Shown piece by piece: positions 26,474 to 38,531 of a DNA stretch of 64,000 nucleotides; the first letter of the stretch is position 1, and each line of letters starts with the position of its first letter. The notes under the pieces were generated by a model, which saw only the letters and a program-made list of their open reading frames with translations, did no database searches and was not told where the DNA came from. This stretch comes from Heptranchias perlo (Eukaryota). Location of the stretch: contig NC_090357.1 in the NCBI RefSeq assembly GCF_035084215.1, forward strand, positions 8,246,001-8,310,000. Reading direction: 5' to 3'. The translations under genes and the position numbers were made by a program.

Positions 26474-28267
26474 GATGACCAGGTTCTCAACCTCTGCAAA
26501 GACAATGTAAGCTTTTAGATCCTGAGAATTCAATGACTTAATCATTTTATCAATGGTGACTTACGGACAACAAGACCCATATCAAGAAAGTGTGTAATCC
26601 GACTATCAATAAAGCCTTTTGATGGACAACCTGGAGAAGCATCACTTCCACCTTTCATTGGCAATGCTAAGTCAACAAGGAAGTCCCAGATCCTGGGGTG
26701 GTTGACAGACCCGTTTTTTAATTGTCTAACCCTCTCCCCATCTGTCTTCTTCATAGCTCCCAATGAGTTACACCCTACAGTTAAAACTACAGTTAAAAAC
26801 TACCACTAGTTTGGCATTTATTGGATCAAAAAATTACAATCTCATTCATAGAGGTCACTGAAATGGTAGCTGTAAAAAGATGAAAATTTTGCAGTGGTGC
26901 TGAAGGGAATGCACTTCTCAGGTTGGGGTTAAATTTCTACTCTACAGTTGGCTGGGCTTTACCAACTTGAAAGGGTTTTTGATGCTAACACTGGGTGCCA
27001 AAATTGGGGGAAAGTATTTCATTCCCTAGCACTTCTGATTTTCCAAAATTCTAGTGACAGCATCTTTATCTAAGGCCAAGTTGATCAATTCATATCTTTC
27101 TCAAAGTGTCAGGAAGACAAGAGGAATCTGCTGGACAGGGATGATTAAATAACTTGAGCATTTCTACCGACAGGGTCATGTTTATTGTACTGATAACAGA
27201 TAATGACATAGCAATGATTGCGAAAAGAATACACACTGCAGGCTTGTTTAAATACAGAAAAATCAAGAAGAATCTGCTCATTTTCAACAGTTACGGAAAT
27301 TAAATTTAGAAAGTGTCTTTGTTTAATATCACATAAGAATGTGATTGGGATCCAGGTTGTGTGATGTAGTAGATCAGAGCCCTGTCATTTTATCTCTGGG
27401 ACCCGGGTTACAATTTGGCCCAGCTTGATGTGATGAAAGTCTCGTCTCTGTGATTGCTGAAAGGCTCCTGCACCATATTCAATTCAGTTCCCAACTGGTG
27501 GAAAATCTCTGCAATTCAAAATTTAAGTGCATTCATGGGCAACGCAGAGATAGTCTAACCGTTCTATATTATGAATGAAATCTGAATTCCTTTTCTTAAA
27601 TCCTTATCAAAATGGTACAAGAAAGCACTGCCTTTGACAGATGCAAATATTAATATCTAAATTTGAGATTCACATCAATTAGCTTGTTTGAATTTTATGA
27701 AGTGTAGGATTTTGAAGTAATTTGCTTCACTTCATTATGCTGGAGGTAATCAAACCTGTAATGGAGCAACACGATTGATAGTTTTTAAGCTCAACGCTGT
27801 CAGTTTTCACCAAGGTGTATATAAATAAATAGTTAATTGGCTCATGAGTCTTTGATCATTTACTCAGTATTTACTTATTGAAATCCATAATCTCATGCCA
27901 TTTTCTTCACTACATTTTTGTTGCAGATAAAAGTTTAATTTTCACTCTTATTTTCATTGCAGCCAAAATTTAGTTTTTGTTATTGAACACAAGCACTGGT
28001 CACTTCAGTATAAATTTCCAAAGTTTCTAATAGGTGACCAGATTTTGTTTCTTCTTTTCCCAATTTTCCCTCTTCTTGTGAAGGCGCTGCCCCCAGGGGA
28101 AGTACAGTACCTCAGGTAATGGCTACCCTCTCGCCCGTGACCCCATTTCAAAGTTGGCAGTGAACGTCAGCAAGGTGTTCAACCACAAGGAGCATCACTG
28201 ATCAGCCCGATCCTGTCCTCAACAGACGCCCACATATGTGCACTACTAGTACACAGGAAGGGACATG

Positions 28268-28430
28268 AGAACATAAGAACACGAGTAGTACATTTAGCCC
28301 TTCGAGCCTGTTCCACCATTCAATGAGATCATGGCTGATCTGTGACCTAACTCCATATACCCGCCTTAGCCCCATATCCCTTAATACCTTTGGTTAACAA
28401 AAATCTATCAATCTCAGGTATAAAATTAAC
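28268..28430 (-). mobile_element. CR1 3' tail
   Basis: gagcctgttccaccattcaatgagatcatggctgatctg, also seen at 4993. Confidence 0.75.
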
Positions 28431-28724
28431 ATAATGATTAGGAAGAGAATCCTATGTGATTTTATCCCCCCTTGATAGAGCAGGGACATTGAGAGCAATA
28501 GTAACGCCCTAACATCAGTGCAGGGATTGAATCTGGCACCTTCCTGGTCAGTACGTCTCAGTAAAATACCAGACGTTAGTTTCTGAACCATCAGCAGAGC
28601 CAAGCAAAATTTCCTGTGAGCAAAGTTGTTCATCTGGTCACCACCAAAGAAAACTGTGCTCCATTTTAACTACTTTTCATGCACTGTTGATTAATCCTGA
28701 AAGAACATCAGAAACATTTCTTAC

Positions 28725-29070
28725 TTGCCTCAGTTTAGTCCGCCTGCTTTCTCTTGAATCTGGTTTCCCAACCTCACATCCCTGATATTTATTAACCTGC
28801 TCTTATCTATTCCATCTGATAAGGAAAAGAACAGTAAACTGTACAGAGTTGGGTTATTTCTTTGTTTTTATTAGGATCAAGGATAAAGATTTTTGACCTT
28901 TCAGTGTTTGAGAGTAGCAAATATAACGTCGAACAAAGTCACCAGCTGACGTTGGTCTGATGGTGCACACAAAATACAATCTAATTAAACAGAAAAGCCA
29001 ATTACCACTGTAGTTAATTTTATCTGTGTCTGGTTGTAAAGCTGTTGTAAGCAGCTCTGTCCTTGGAATC
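28725..29070 (-). promoter_or_regulatory. gene A non-coding exon 1 and promoter
   Basis: Donor CAA|gtaaga at 28725/28724; TTAATAAATA at 28786-28795; GATA sites at about 28802 and 28816; tgacctttca and caaagtca motifs; colinear with 42270-42580. Confidence 0.7.
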
Positions 29071-29365
29071 ATACAGCAGGAATTCTCCTGATCCCAGCGT
29101 GGTGCATGAGAAAGGCATTGGGATTGGATTTAGTTGGAGGAGGATAAGGTCACAGGCACGAGCAGACATTCAGTAGATTGCCCAAAATGACCATTTATGT
29201 GTGAGCCTAGACACCACAGGCTATCTGGTCATGGAGGGCATCACAGGTAAATCCAATACTGTTTCTGGTCAACATCCACACACAGCAAAAATCATGGGAA
29301 TTGACCCAGAGTAGGATCTCTGGCTGATTTTCACCAACCCAGCCCAAGGGTGCTGAGGCCAACTC

Positions 29366-31190
29366 ATAGTATCATAGTAGGTACAGAACAGGAGGAGGCC
29401 ATTCGACCCATCGTGTCTGTGCCAGCTCTTCGAAAGAGCTACCCAATTAGTCCCATTCACCTGCTCTTTCCCCATTGCCCTGTAAATGTTTTCCCTTCAA
29501 GTACATATCTAAATCCCTTTTGAAAGTTACTATTGAATCTGTTTCACCACCATTTTAGGCAGTGCATTCCAGATCATTACAACTTGCTGCGTAAAAAAAT
29601 GTTTCCTCATGTTGTTTCTGGCTCTTTTGCCTTAAATCTGTGTCCTCTGGTTACCGAACCTTCTGCCACTGGAAACAGTTTCTCCTTATTTACTCCATCA
29701 AAACCCTTCATGACCTTAAACATCTCTATCAAATCTCCCCTTAACCTTTTATGTTCTAAACCCCAACTTCTCCAGTCTCTCCACATAACTGAAGTCCCTC
29801 ATCCCTGGTACCACTCTAGTAAATCTCTTCTGCACCCTCTGCAAGGGCTTGACATCCTTCCTAAAGTGTGGTGTCCAGAATTGAATATAATACTGCAGCT
29901 GAGGCCTAAACAATATTTTAAGCTATGCTCTCTGCCTCTACAAGAAGATCTCCTTTTTTGTCCCCAATTGGTCCCACCCTTCCTTTGACTACCCTTTTAC
30001 TATTTACATGTTTATAAAAGACTTTTGGGTTCTCTTTTATGTTAGCTGTTAATTTATTCTCATATTCTCTCTTTGCCCCTCTTATTCCCTTTTTTAGATC
30101 TTCTCTGCTCAGCCAGGTTCTCTACTGTATTATGAACCTAACATTTGTCATTTTAATCTCCATATCTTTGGTCATTCAGGGAGCTCTAGCTTTGGATGCC
30201 CTTCCTTTCCCCTCGTAGGAATGTGTCTACTCTGTACCTGAACCAACACCTCCTTGAAGACCTCCTATTGTTCAGTTACTGTTTTGCCTACCAATTTTTG
30301 ATTCCAATCCACCAGGGCAAGATCCATTTTTAACTCACTGAAATTTGCCCTCCTCCAGTTAAGCATTTTCATATTTGCTTGTTCCTTGTCCTTTTCCATA
30401 ACTATTCTAAATCTAATGATATTATGATCACTGTTCCCCAAATGCCCCCCAACTGAAACATGCTCGCCTGCTCCTCTGCATTCCCCAGAACTAGATCCAG
30501 CACTGTTTCCTTCCTGGTTGGCCTGGAAACACACTGTTCCAGAAAGTTCCCTTGAACACATTTCAGGAATTCCTCCCCCTCTTTGTCCTTTACACTGTTA
30601 CTGTCCCAGTCTATATTGGGATAATTGAAGTCCCCCATTATCACTACTCTATAGTTCTTGCATCTTTCTGTAATTTGCCTGCAAATTTTCTCCTCTATCT
30701 TCTTCCCACTATTTAGTATACACACAGTAGCGTAATAGCACCTCTATTGTTCCTAAATTCTAACCAAATAGATTCTGTCTTTGACCCCTCAACTCCATCA
30801 TCCCTTTCCAGTGCTTTAATAGCTTCTTTGATCAATACTGTCAACCTCCTTCCCCTCGCCCTCCTGAATATCTTGTTGCCAGGAATATTAAGTATCCAAT
30901 CCTCCCTTTCTTTGAGCCAGGTCTTAGTTATTGCCACCATATCATAGTCCCATGTGGTGACATGAGCCTGCAGTTAACCAACCTTATTTACCATGCTGCA
31001 TGCATTTATGAACATTCACTCTAAACTCATCTTAGATTGTCTTGCATTTGCCCCCTGGCTGATCCCTTGCCTTTCTGAACTATTCTTTACTCTAGTGGTA
31101 CTTGTCACTCCCAGTCCTCTGTGCACCTTGTTTCTCCTCCCTAATGTTTCATCCTGGTGCCCATCCCCATGACAAATTAGTTTGTGGACA
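29366..31190 (-). mobile_element. CR1 LINE, internally deleted, with endonuclease and 3' portions
   Basis: VAITKTWL...ESIWLE; VVIMGDFNYPNIDW; LDLVLGN; HLGNSDHNIIRF (APE endonuclease) and CR1 tail. Confidence 0.85.
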
Positions 31191-32205
31191 GTATCATATT
31201 GGACAGTGTATTTACCAATGCAGCATCTAGGGAGCTTTAAGCTCTTACTTTTAAACAACAACTAACATGCTCAGGACAAATAGTTACATCTGCTTCTGAC
31301 CACAATCACTTTTATTCTGTGTATTACGATGAATACAGTACATAAGCTATTGAGCACTTTCAAACATACATTTGTAACCTTTGATTACATTACAATAATT
31401 CAACATTCCTATTAATGTTAAAATATAAATACAGTCACTAAAATGTAAGCATCTCAAGTTGTTACATATCTTTGGAAAGAACAAAATTAGTGATATTATT
31501 TATCAGTAATGGATGAGATGATTGGGTTTGTTTTACATACTTATATGGCCCTAACAATTTGTAAATATTTTTTCAGACCTGACAAGGACAGAGAGGATTA
31601 CGACTGGAATATACCCTTGTACCCTTTTCCAATTGGCTGCTGGCATATTTCTATCATCTGATGGGATTGCTGAACAAATATTTCTCCTTCAGTGAATTAT
31701 ATTTATTATTCTGGCTCGAAAGGACTCAACTGCAAGCTGCAAGATGTCTGTCTGACCAACTGCCTCTTTATATCATCCTATCGGTAAGATTGGGCAATAA
31801 CTACTGTAATATCTCAACTGCTCTCTCTCTCTCTGCCTTTGTGCCAGTGTACTCCATATTTTCTGATCTCTGTAAAGAAGGGTTCGATGAGCCATGATGT
31901 TACACCTGCCCAGTCCGTCACCTCATCCAACCACATTCATTTTTATCTGCCTCTTGAAGTATTGCCAAACTTTTTCAGACAGTAACAACCTTGAAACCCT
32001 TTCCAGTGACTTCCAAATAGCATGCCATCTTCTGATCATAATGAACCTCCACATTTTTCTCTTAAGTCAGTTCAAGAACTTCTCATTAAGGCAATTAATT
32101 TTCATCATGTGACGATACCACCAGAATTCATACACCACCAGTTCCAATTGCAGACAATTTCCAGGGACATGCAAAATGAGCCTTTAATATTATTTATTAA
32201 GAATT

Positions 32206-32600
32206 TTTATTATTCTACTTATATGTCATTGGTTCCAGATTTGCATTTTTTGTGACATAATTTGATTAGGGGCATAATATGACATCATCAGATTGGCTAA
32301 GTGGATGGTCTGTGTTATGACATCACAGGTTTAACAAACATTCCGGCGTCAACAGGAAGTGTCAATAGGGCAGCTCATCCACGAGCTAAATGTTGTTGGT
32401 TTTTAAAATAAATAACAAAATTGTTTAGCTCATGCCAATTTTTGCCTCAGCAACTGGAATATATTTATATTAATTATAAATACCGATATGGAATGGGGGC
32501 AGGTTGCAAAGGTCTTTCACATTATGATTGGTTTGAAGTTTAATTTGTATTCTCTGTTCTTAATTACCCTCATTGGTGTCAGAGCCCATCAGGCACGCTT
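32206..32600 (-). other. gene B 3'UTR ending near AATAAA (32206-32211)
   Basis: Paralogous to the gene A UTR, with a polyA signal at the equivalent position. Confidence 0.6.
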
Positions 32601-33099
32601 TTAAGGCGCATCTGTAGGCAATGGTGCTTCTCTCCATTTTGTTAATAAGGCTTCTAATTTTTTGAAGCCCTCCTTGGTCTCATGAACCATGGGTGAAAGA
32701 TATTGCCTCAGTTCTTCAATTAGTTCACTTATTTCTTCACGGAGTTCCTCAGTGGAAGGAGCAGCTTTCTTGTACCATTCCTCCAGTTGGTGGGTGGCAT
32801 CCCCATATGACTGATTGAAATGATCAGTTATGAGGCTTAGGTTCTGACTGTACTGACGAATGTCTTTGTGGAGCATCTCCAGTTTCTCGTGAATGGCGGC
32901 AGTTGTTTCGTTGCCAATCGCTTCATGCAGCTGTTCGCCGACAGAAGTCAGCCTGGCATGGACCAAATTAGCCTGTGTTTTAATATGATCACTGATGGAG
33001 ACCCCCTTCCACTGGAGCTCTTTAGTCAAAGAGGACAGGTCTTTCACTGAATTTTCAATCATGGCATCGAGATTTCTATTAGTACTTGATAGCTTTTCC
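32601..33099 (-). CDS. gene B last coding exon
   Basis: ttttccctccacag acceptor; extends ORF 32601..33062; amphipathic helices. Confidence 0.88.
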
Positions 33100-36000
33100 C
33101 TGTGGAGGGAAAAAAATGATATAGTGGAGTTTGCATATTTTACATAGATTTACATAGAATCTACAGCACAGAAACAGGCCATTTGGACCAACTGGTTTAT
33201 ACTCCACATGAACCTCCTTCCACTTTAATGATCTCTTCCCACCCTGCCCCCATATCCCTCTATTCCTTTCACCTTCAAATATGCATCAAGCCTCCCATCA
33301 AATACATCAATGCTAGCTGCTTCATTGATGTTATCTTTTGTACATCTCTCTGCCTCTTTATTCCTTTCTTGATACAAATACACAAGAGGACACACAGCAT
33401 CTAACCAGTGAAATAGCATAGAATGTGTAATAATTATTTATTGATCATGTTCGAGCTATCCTATAAGGAGAGACTGGTCGGATATTATTGTTCTTGAGAG
33501 GGCAGTGAAGTGAGCAACAAAGATAATTTGGATTATTAGAAAGTTGGTATGAGCAAAGTTAGCTGCACATCTTATCTTTGATTTGGAGGTGACCTCATTG
33601 AAATTTTCACGATAATGAGGGGAATTGACAAACTTCATCCAGGTAAATTTCTTCATTATGGTGAAGGGGTCAAACATTATGGGACACAAGTTCAAAATTA
33701 GAAACGTGAAGGAAAGTCAGGTGGAGCTTTTTTACTTTAAAAGCAACTAGACCTGTGAGCTGTGTTACTGGGGAAAGCCATTGAGATGTGCAAGAGAAAG
33801 TTAGATTCACATCTGAGAGAGAAGGGATTGAGGGATTTGGTGAGAAGGTACAGGTATGGAAAAGGAGTGGGTGTGTTGGGCCTAATGGCATTTTCCCGTT
33901 GCTAAATACTCTTATCTTCCGGTAGAACTTCATTTGTGATCCAGCACAATGTAATCAGGATTTAGGGCTGATTCCCAATGGGCTTTCCTAGTGCTCTCAG
34001 GGAGCCTAGTCAAGAAATGGTGGGCCCACAGCTCCATTCATTAAATGGACGGGAAATCAGGGACTGCGGGTACAAACTCACCTGACTGGTGCTCCCTGTC
34101 ATTGGGGAATCAGACCTCTTGTGTACATCCCCCAGCTGACTTACATTACAACAACAATAACTTGCACTTATATAGCGCCTTTAACGTGGTAAAACATCCC
34201 AAAGCACTTCACAGGAGTGTTATCAAATAAAATTTGACACCAAGCCACACAAAGAGATATTAGGACAGGTGACCAAAAGCTTGGTCAAAGAGGTAGGATT
34301 TAAGGAGTGTCTTAAAGGAGGAGAGAGAGGTAGAACTAAAGCCTGAAGATAGCTCCTTTGATAGTTTTAATAGCTGGTAGTTGGTAACTACTTACATAGC
34401 TGATTTGGCCACATCAGACTGCTCCAAAATTCCAACAGCAATCTGGGCTAAGTCATTGCCTATATTGAGCAAGTCCCAAAAAGGCTGCTGCCAGTTTGCC
34501 GATTTGTTGGATTTGGATTCATCCTTGGGGATGACACCACCCTGGGTTCCTGGGCAAGAACATAGAAAAAAGACTGTTTAGTGATGCCTTTTATGCATGA
34601 TTGTTGTAAAGATCATGTGACTAGCTACTTCATTACTAATTTGTATATTTTCCCCTCAGCCTCCTGTCTTCCTCTTCCAGACTTGACATTTGCTGCAGTA
34701 CAGGTCAACGGGTGCGTGCAGCCGGACAGTGTTCTCACCCGTGGTCTCCATACACACACCTTCCAGCAGAGGGCACTGAATAGTAATGCGGCAGAAGCTC
34801 TGGCTGATTTTCCTCTCCCTGGCCCGTGGTTACTGAGGCCAATTCTTGTGTCCCAACTGTTATTCACACATTTCTGACACTAACTACAATGAGCAAGTAT
34901 ATCCACCTCACAGAAACATCTCAAAGTGTTTCACATACAACTAATTAATTTTATGTAGGGAAATGCGACAGCCATTTGGTGCACAGCAAGATTCCACAAA
35001 CAGCAATGAGAAGAATCAAGACATCAGTACATTTTGGATGATCACGGTTGAGGGAGGAATGTTGGCTAGGACACTGGGAAAACCCGTAACTTTTCCTCAG
35101 ACAGTGCCGTGGGATCTTTGAGCTACCAAAACAGCCAGGGTGTCAGTTTCAAGTCTCATCCAAAGGACAGCAGCTCTGACAAGGGAGCAGTCCCTCCCCC
35201 ACACCAGTGTCAAAAAGTAATTTCACTGCAATTTTTTTTTGAAGATAGCCTTAGTTAAAGGAGAAATGAAGATCCACATTAAAGAGATTACGGGATTGTG
35301 CAGCTTTAATTCTGAATCACTTCACAGAAATGACTCTAACATGGAAAAAAAAGCAGCATTCAATCTATGATTACATAGAATTACATTGAATTTACAGCAC
35401 AGAAACAGGCCATTCGGCCCAACTGGTCTATGCTGGTGTTTATGCTCCACACGAGCCTCCTCTCACCCTATTTCATCTAACCGTATCTGCATATCCTTCT
35501 ATTCCTTTCTCCCTCATGTACTTTTCTATCTTCCCCTTAAAGGCATCTATGTTATTCACCTCAACTACTCCACGTGGTAGCAAGTACCCCAATCTAACTA
35601 CTTCCTGGGTAAAGAAATTTCTCCTGAATTCCTTATTGGATTTATTAGTGACTATCATATTTATGGCCCCCAGTTTTGGACTCCCCCACACGTGGAAACA
35701 TCATCTCTACGTCTACCCTATCAAACCTCTTCATAATTTTAAAGATCTCCAGCAGGTCACCTCTCGGTCTTCTCTTTTCTAGATGTATAATAATTTTCAC
35801 TTTATTGGGCATCATTTTAGCACCCGCTATCAGGTGCGTTCCTAGCCGGGGGGGGGCTCCGAAAATCGGGGAATCCCGGAGTGGGACCGGAGCCCGGCTC
35901 CAACCCGCCCACTTCCAGGTTCCCCACTGACGCGCCGGCGTGCGCGCGCAGCCTCCGCTGGTGGGAATCCCGCAGGCAATTAAGGCCAGCGGGATGCCAC

Positions 36001-38531
36001 TTGAAAGTTTTTATGTTGCTCGTTCAGGTCGTTTACAGACCTGATTGAGCTGTTTTATTAGGAGGGGTGGGATTTTACACTGAACTGAGACTGTTTCCCA
36101 TACTGGGGGAAATACTCCCAGTTCAAACGGAGGTGTTGCAGCCAGCAGCCTGTGGCAGCTGCAAAGGTGCATTCGACAGGTGGCCACTCCGTCACATTGG
36201 ACAAAGTTTGGCCTCCACCACCCTCCTCCTAACAAGAAAATGCATCGACCTGGAACCGCAACCCCGGTGTGAGGACACACTTACTTACCTTGCGGACCCC
36301 CTCAGATGTACATCTTCCAGATGGGGGCCGCCGTAGCTGCAGTCATGACCTCCTCGGAGGGCAAACAGCATCACCAGCCTCGCCGTCCACGCCATCCACC
36401 TCTGACACGTGGAGCTCCACAACAGAGTGCAGTGACACATCCACCTGTACAGCAGGAGGGAGGGCAACCGCAGAGAGAGATGCGTCGCAGAGGGCACTAC
36501 CCTCGCCACAGGGTCCATAGACCGAGGCTCAGCTTCCTGGACCTCTCTGAGCAGCAGTGCACACGGAGGCTCAGAGTCACTCGATATGTAATCGTGGACA
36601 TCTGCAGCCTCCTTCATGCCGAGCTGCTCCCGGCTGGCCCGAGCACCATCTTCTTACCTGTCGCTCTCAAAGTCACCACTGCCCTCAACAACTTCTCCTC
36701 CGCATCCTTCCAGTGTGCCACCGGGGACATCGCTGACGTCTCTCAGTCGTCTGCACAAAAGAGCCCTGCAAATACACCTACACCCACTCTGCAGTGACAC
36801 AATGGGTGGCATCAGTTGTGGGTCTTCATAGTGATCCTCAGGAAAGGGCATTATTGCACAAACCAGACAAGATTCGCAAAGACGTGGCAGTAGTGGTGCC
36901 AATATAATATGTTATGTGAGTTGGTCAGAAATTCAATATAAGTAAAAACCATGACAAACCCTCAAACACCCTTGTGCATCCCCTTCATGCTCACGACACG
37001 TTTGCCTTACGCTTCCTACTGCACATATGTGATGCATGACCTGTGGCTGCAGCACAGGTAGTGGCAGGTTGAGTGAGGCTGACCGTGAAAAAGATGCACG
37101 AGAGGGTGAGTATGAGATAGAGCCATGAGATTGTATGAGGATTGGGTTGAGTGGTAGTGGCGGGATGAGTACTGGCGAGGTGAGTAAGTACAGGTAAGAT
37201 GAGGATGAGGTTTGAGTCGGTATGAGGGGTGATGTGACAGAGTAGTGTTGGCAGTGCAGAAGGAGGTGTGGGGTGGGGGCGGTGATGTGGCAGATGGAGT
37301 GTAGGGGAATGAGTAAGTGTACTCACTTTGGCTGACCTACTGAGGTCATTGGAGCACCTCCTGCACTGTATGCAGGTGCGTGATATGTTGGTGGTGGTGG
37401 TGACCCCCTCTGCCACCTTGAGCCAGGCCTTCCTGGTGGCAGGGGCAGGCCGCTTCCTCCCGCCCGCCGGGGGGGAAGATCTCTGTCCTTCCCCTCCTCC
37501 TCACCCCATCTATTGATACCTGGAGTGAGGCATCATTAAACTGGGAGCAGCCTTCCCCCTGGGCTGCTCCATGCTGTAATTTTTTCTATTTGTTGCAGCA
37601 TCTGTCAATGGAGGACTGCCCCTTTAAATAGAGCTCCTCCAGCTGACAGATCTTACTGCGCATGCGCAGCCTGCCCGACGCGCAGACCAGCAGTGGGGAA
37701 CCCAGAAGACCAGGTAAGTGGATCCAATTGGACTGCGATCGTGCGGGTGGCTGACTAATTTCACCGGGCGCGTGGGTGCCCCCCGCCGCGAACCCGCAGC
37801 CCTGCTAACATCGAGCCCATTATGTCTGTTCACATTTAGAGATGTTAGTCAAAGTCACACCATTAGCTAGGCTCACAGTCTGTGGTCCGGCAGTTGACCA
37901 TTTAGCAGGTTGCCCCCAGTCTAACTGGATCACTTGCTCGGTGGCCATGTTCCCATGACTTTACCAAGGCCATTTTAAGTTGGCTGTGCAAGAGTTGCCT
38001 GAAGAGGGGCCTTTGTTCAACTTCAACTGGTCCAATTTAATAACACAGCTGAACTCAATGGATAACGGAATGGAAAAGAGCTCCATTCTCCAGCACTAAT
38101 AACCTTCACCATGGCGAATGGATGGGGGCAGGCAACAGGGAGCTTTACTTTGCATCTGGGTCATTCCATTCTGAGCTGGGATTGCTCAATGCTGACTTAT
38201 AGTGCAAAATGCGGATAAATGATTGACCCCAGTACTGATGTCACTCACCTGTGGGAGAATCGAGTTGCGTTCTGCCACTCAGTGATGTAGGACATTGGTG
38301 TTCTAAAACTCTGCACTGCCTACGTTCTTATTTATAAAACTCAAGTGTTCCCCGCGCAACACAGACAATGGAATGTACAAACTGAAAGTCTCTCAGTGTG
38401 ATATATTGCTGTGGTTTTCACTTTTCTTTATTATTGTTTTATTTTCACTGTTCTGCTTATGTTAGTTGGAAGGGCTTGTGTTACATACCTTTGACCACAA
38501 GGAGCACCAAAGTGACTGCAAATATCTTCAT
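32601..38531 (-). CDS. Divergent apoA-IV-like apolipoprotein (gene B), spliced: 38531-38489, 34549-34396, 33099-32601; 231 aa
   Basis: 696-nt open spliced frame: MKIFAVTLVLLVVKG|TQGGVIPKDESKSNKSANWQQPFWDLLNIGNDLAQIAVGILEQSDVAKSAM|EKLSSTNRNLDAMIENSVKDLSSLTKELQWK...LPTDAP. Intron phases match the apoA-I/A-IV/E family; FWD...EQS motif typical of the family's exon-3 block. Confidence 0.85.
33140..33320 (-). mobile_element. CR1 3' tail in intron 3 of gene B
   Basis: EAASIDVFDGRLDAYL; catagaatctacagcacagaaacaggccatt tail. Confidence 0.7.
34148..34333 (-). mobile_element. L2 3' end
   Basis: Same tail as 10200 and 25061. Confidence 0.75.
34396..34549 (-). CDS. gene B exon 3
   Basis: ttcttgcccag acceptor, gtaagtagtta donor, 154 nt, open frame. 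Confidence 0.85.
35372..35783 (-). mobile_element. CR1 3' fragment
   Basis: NKSNKEFRRNFFTQEVV...DAFKGKIEKYM. Confidence 0.8.
35807..37818. mobile_element. PIF/Harbinger DNA transposon (internally deleted) in intron 2 of gene B
   Basis: Imperfect TIRs gggcatcattttagca / tgctaacatcgagccc with 3-bp ATT duplication. Plus strand carries a Harbinger transposase N-terminus (36306-36797: LSEQQCTRRLRV...LKVTTALNNFSSASFQCATGDIADVSQSS). Minus strand carries a Myb/SANT-like remnant (about 37328-37572: KAWLKVAEGV...RTCIQCRRCSNDL). Confidence 0.85.
38489..38531 (-). CDS. gene B exon 2 (signal peptide MKIFAVTLVLLVVK)
   Basis: gtcATG start, G|gtatgt donor; acceptor tttacag at 38555+. Confidence 0.85.

Noticed and set aside
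36306-36797. Domesticated HARBI1 gene
   Set aside because: Truncated before the catalytic domain and bounded by TIRs and a target-site duplication, so it is a transposon relic.
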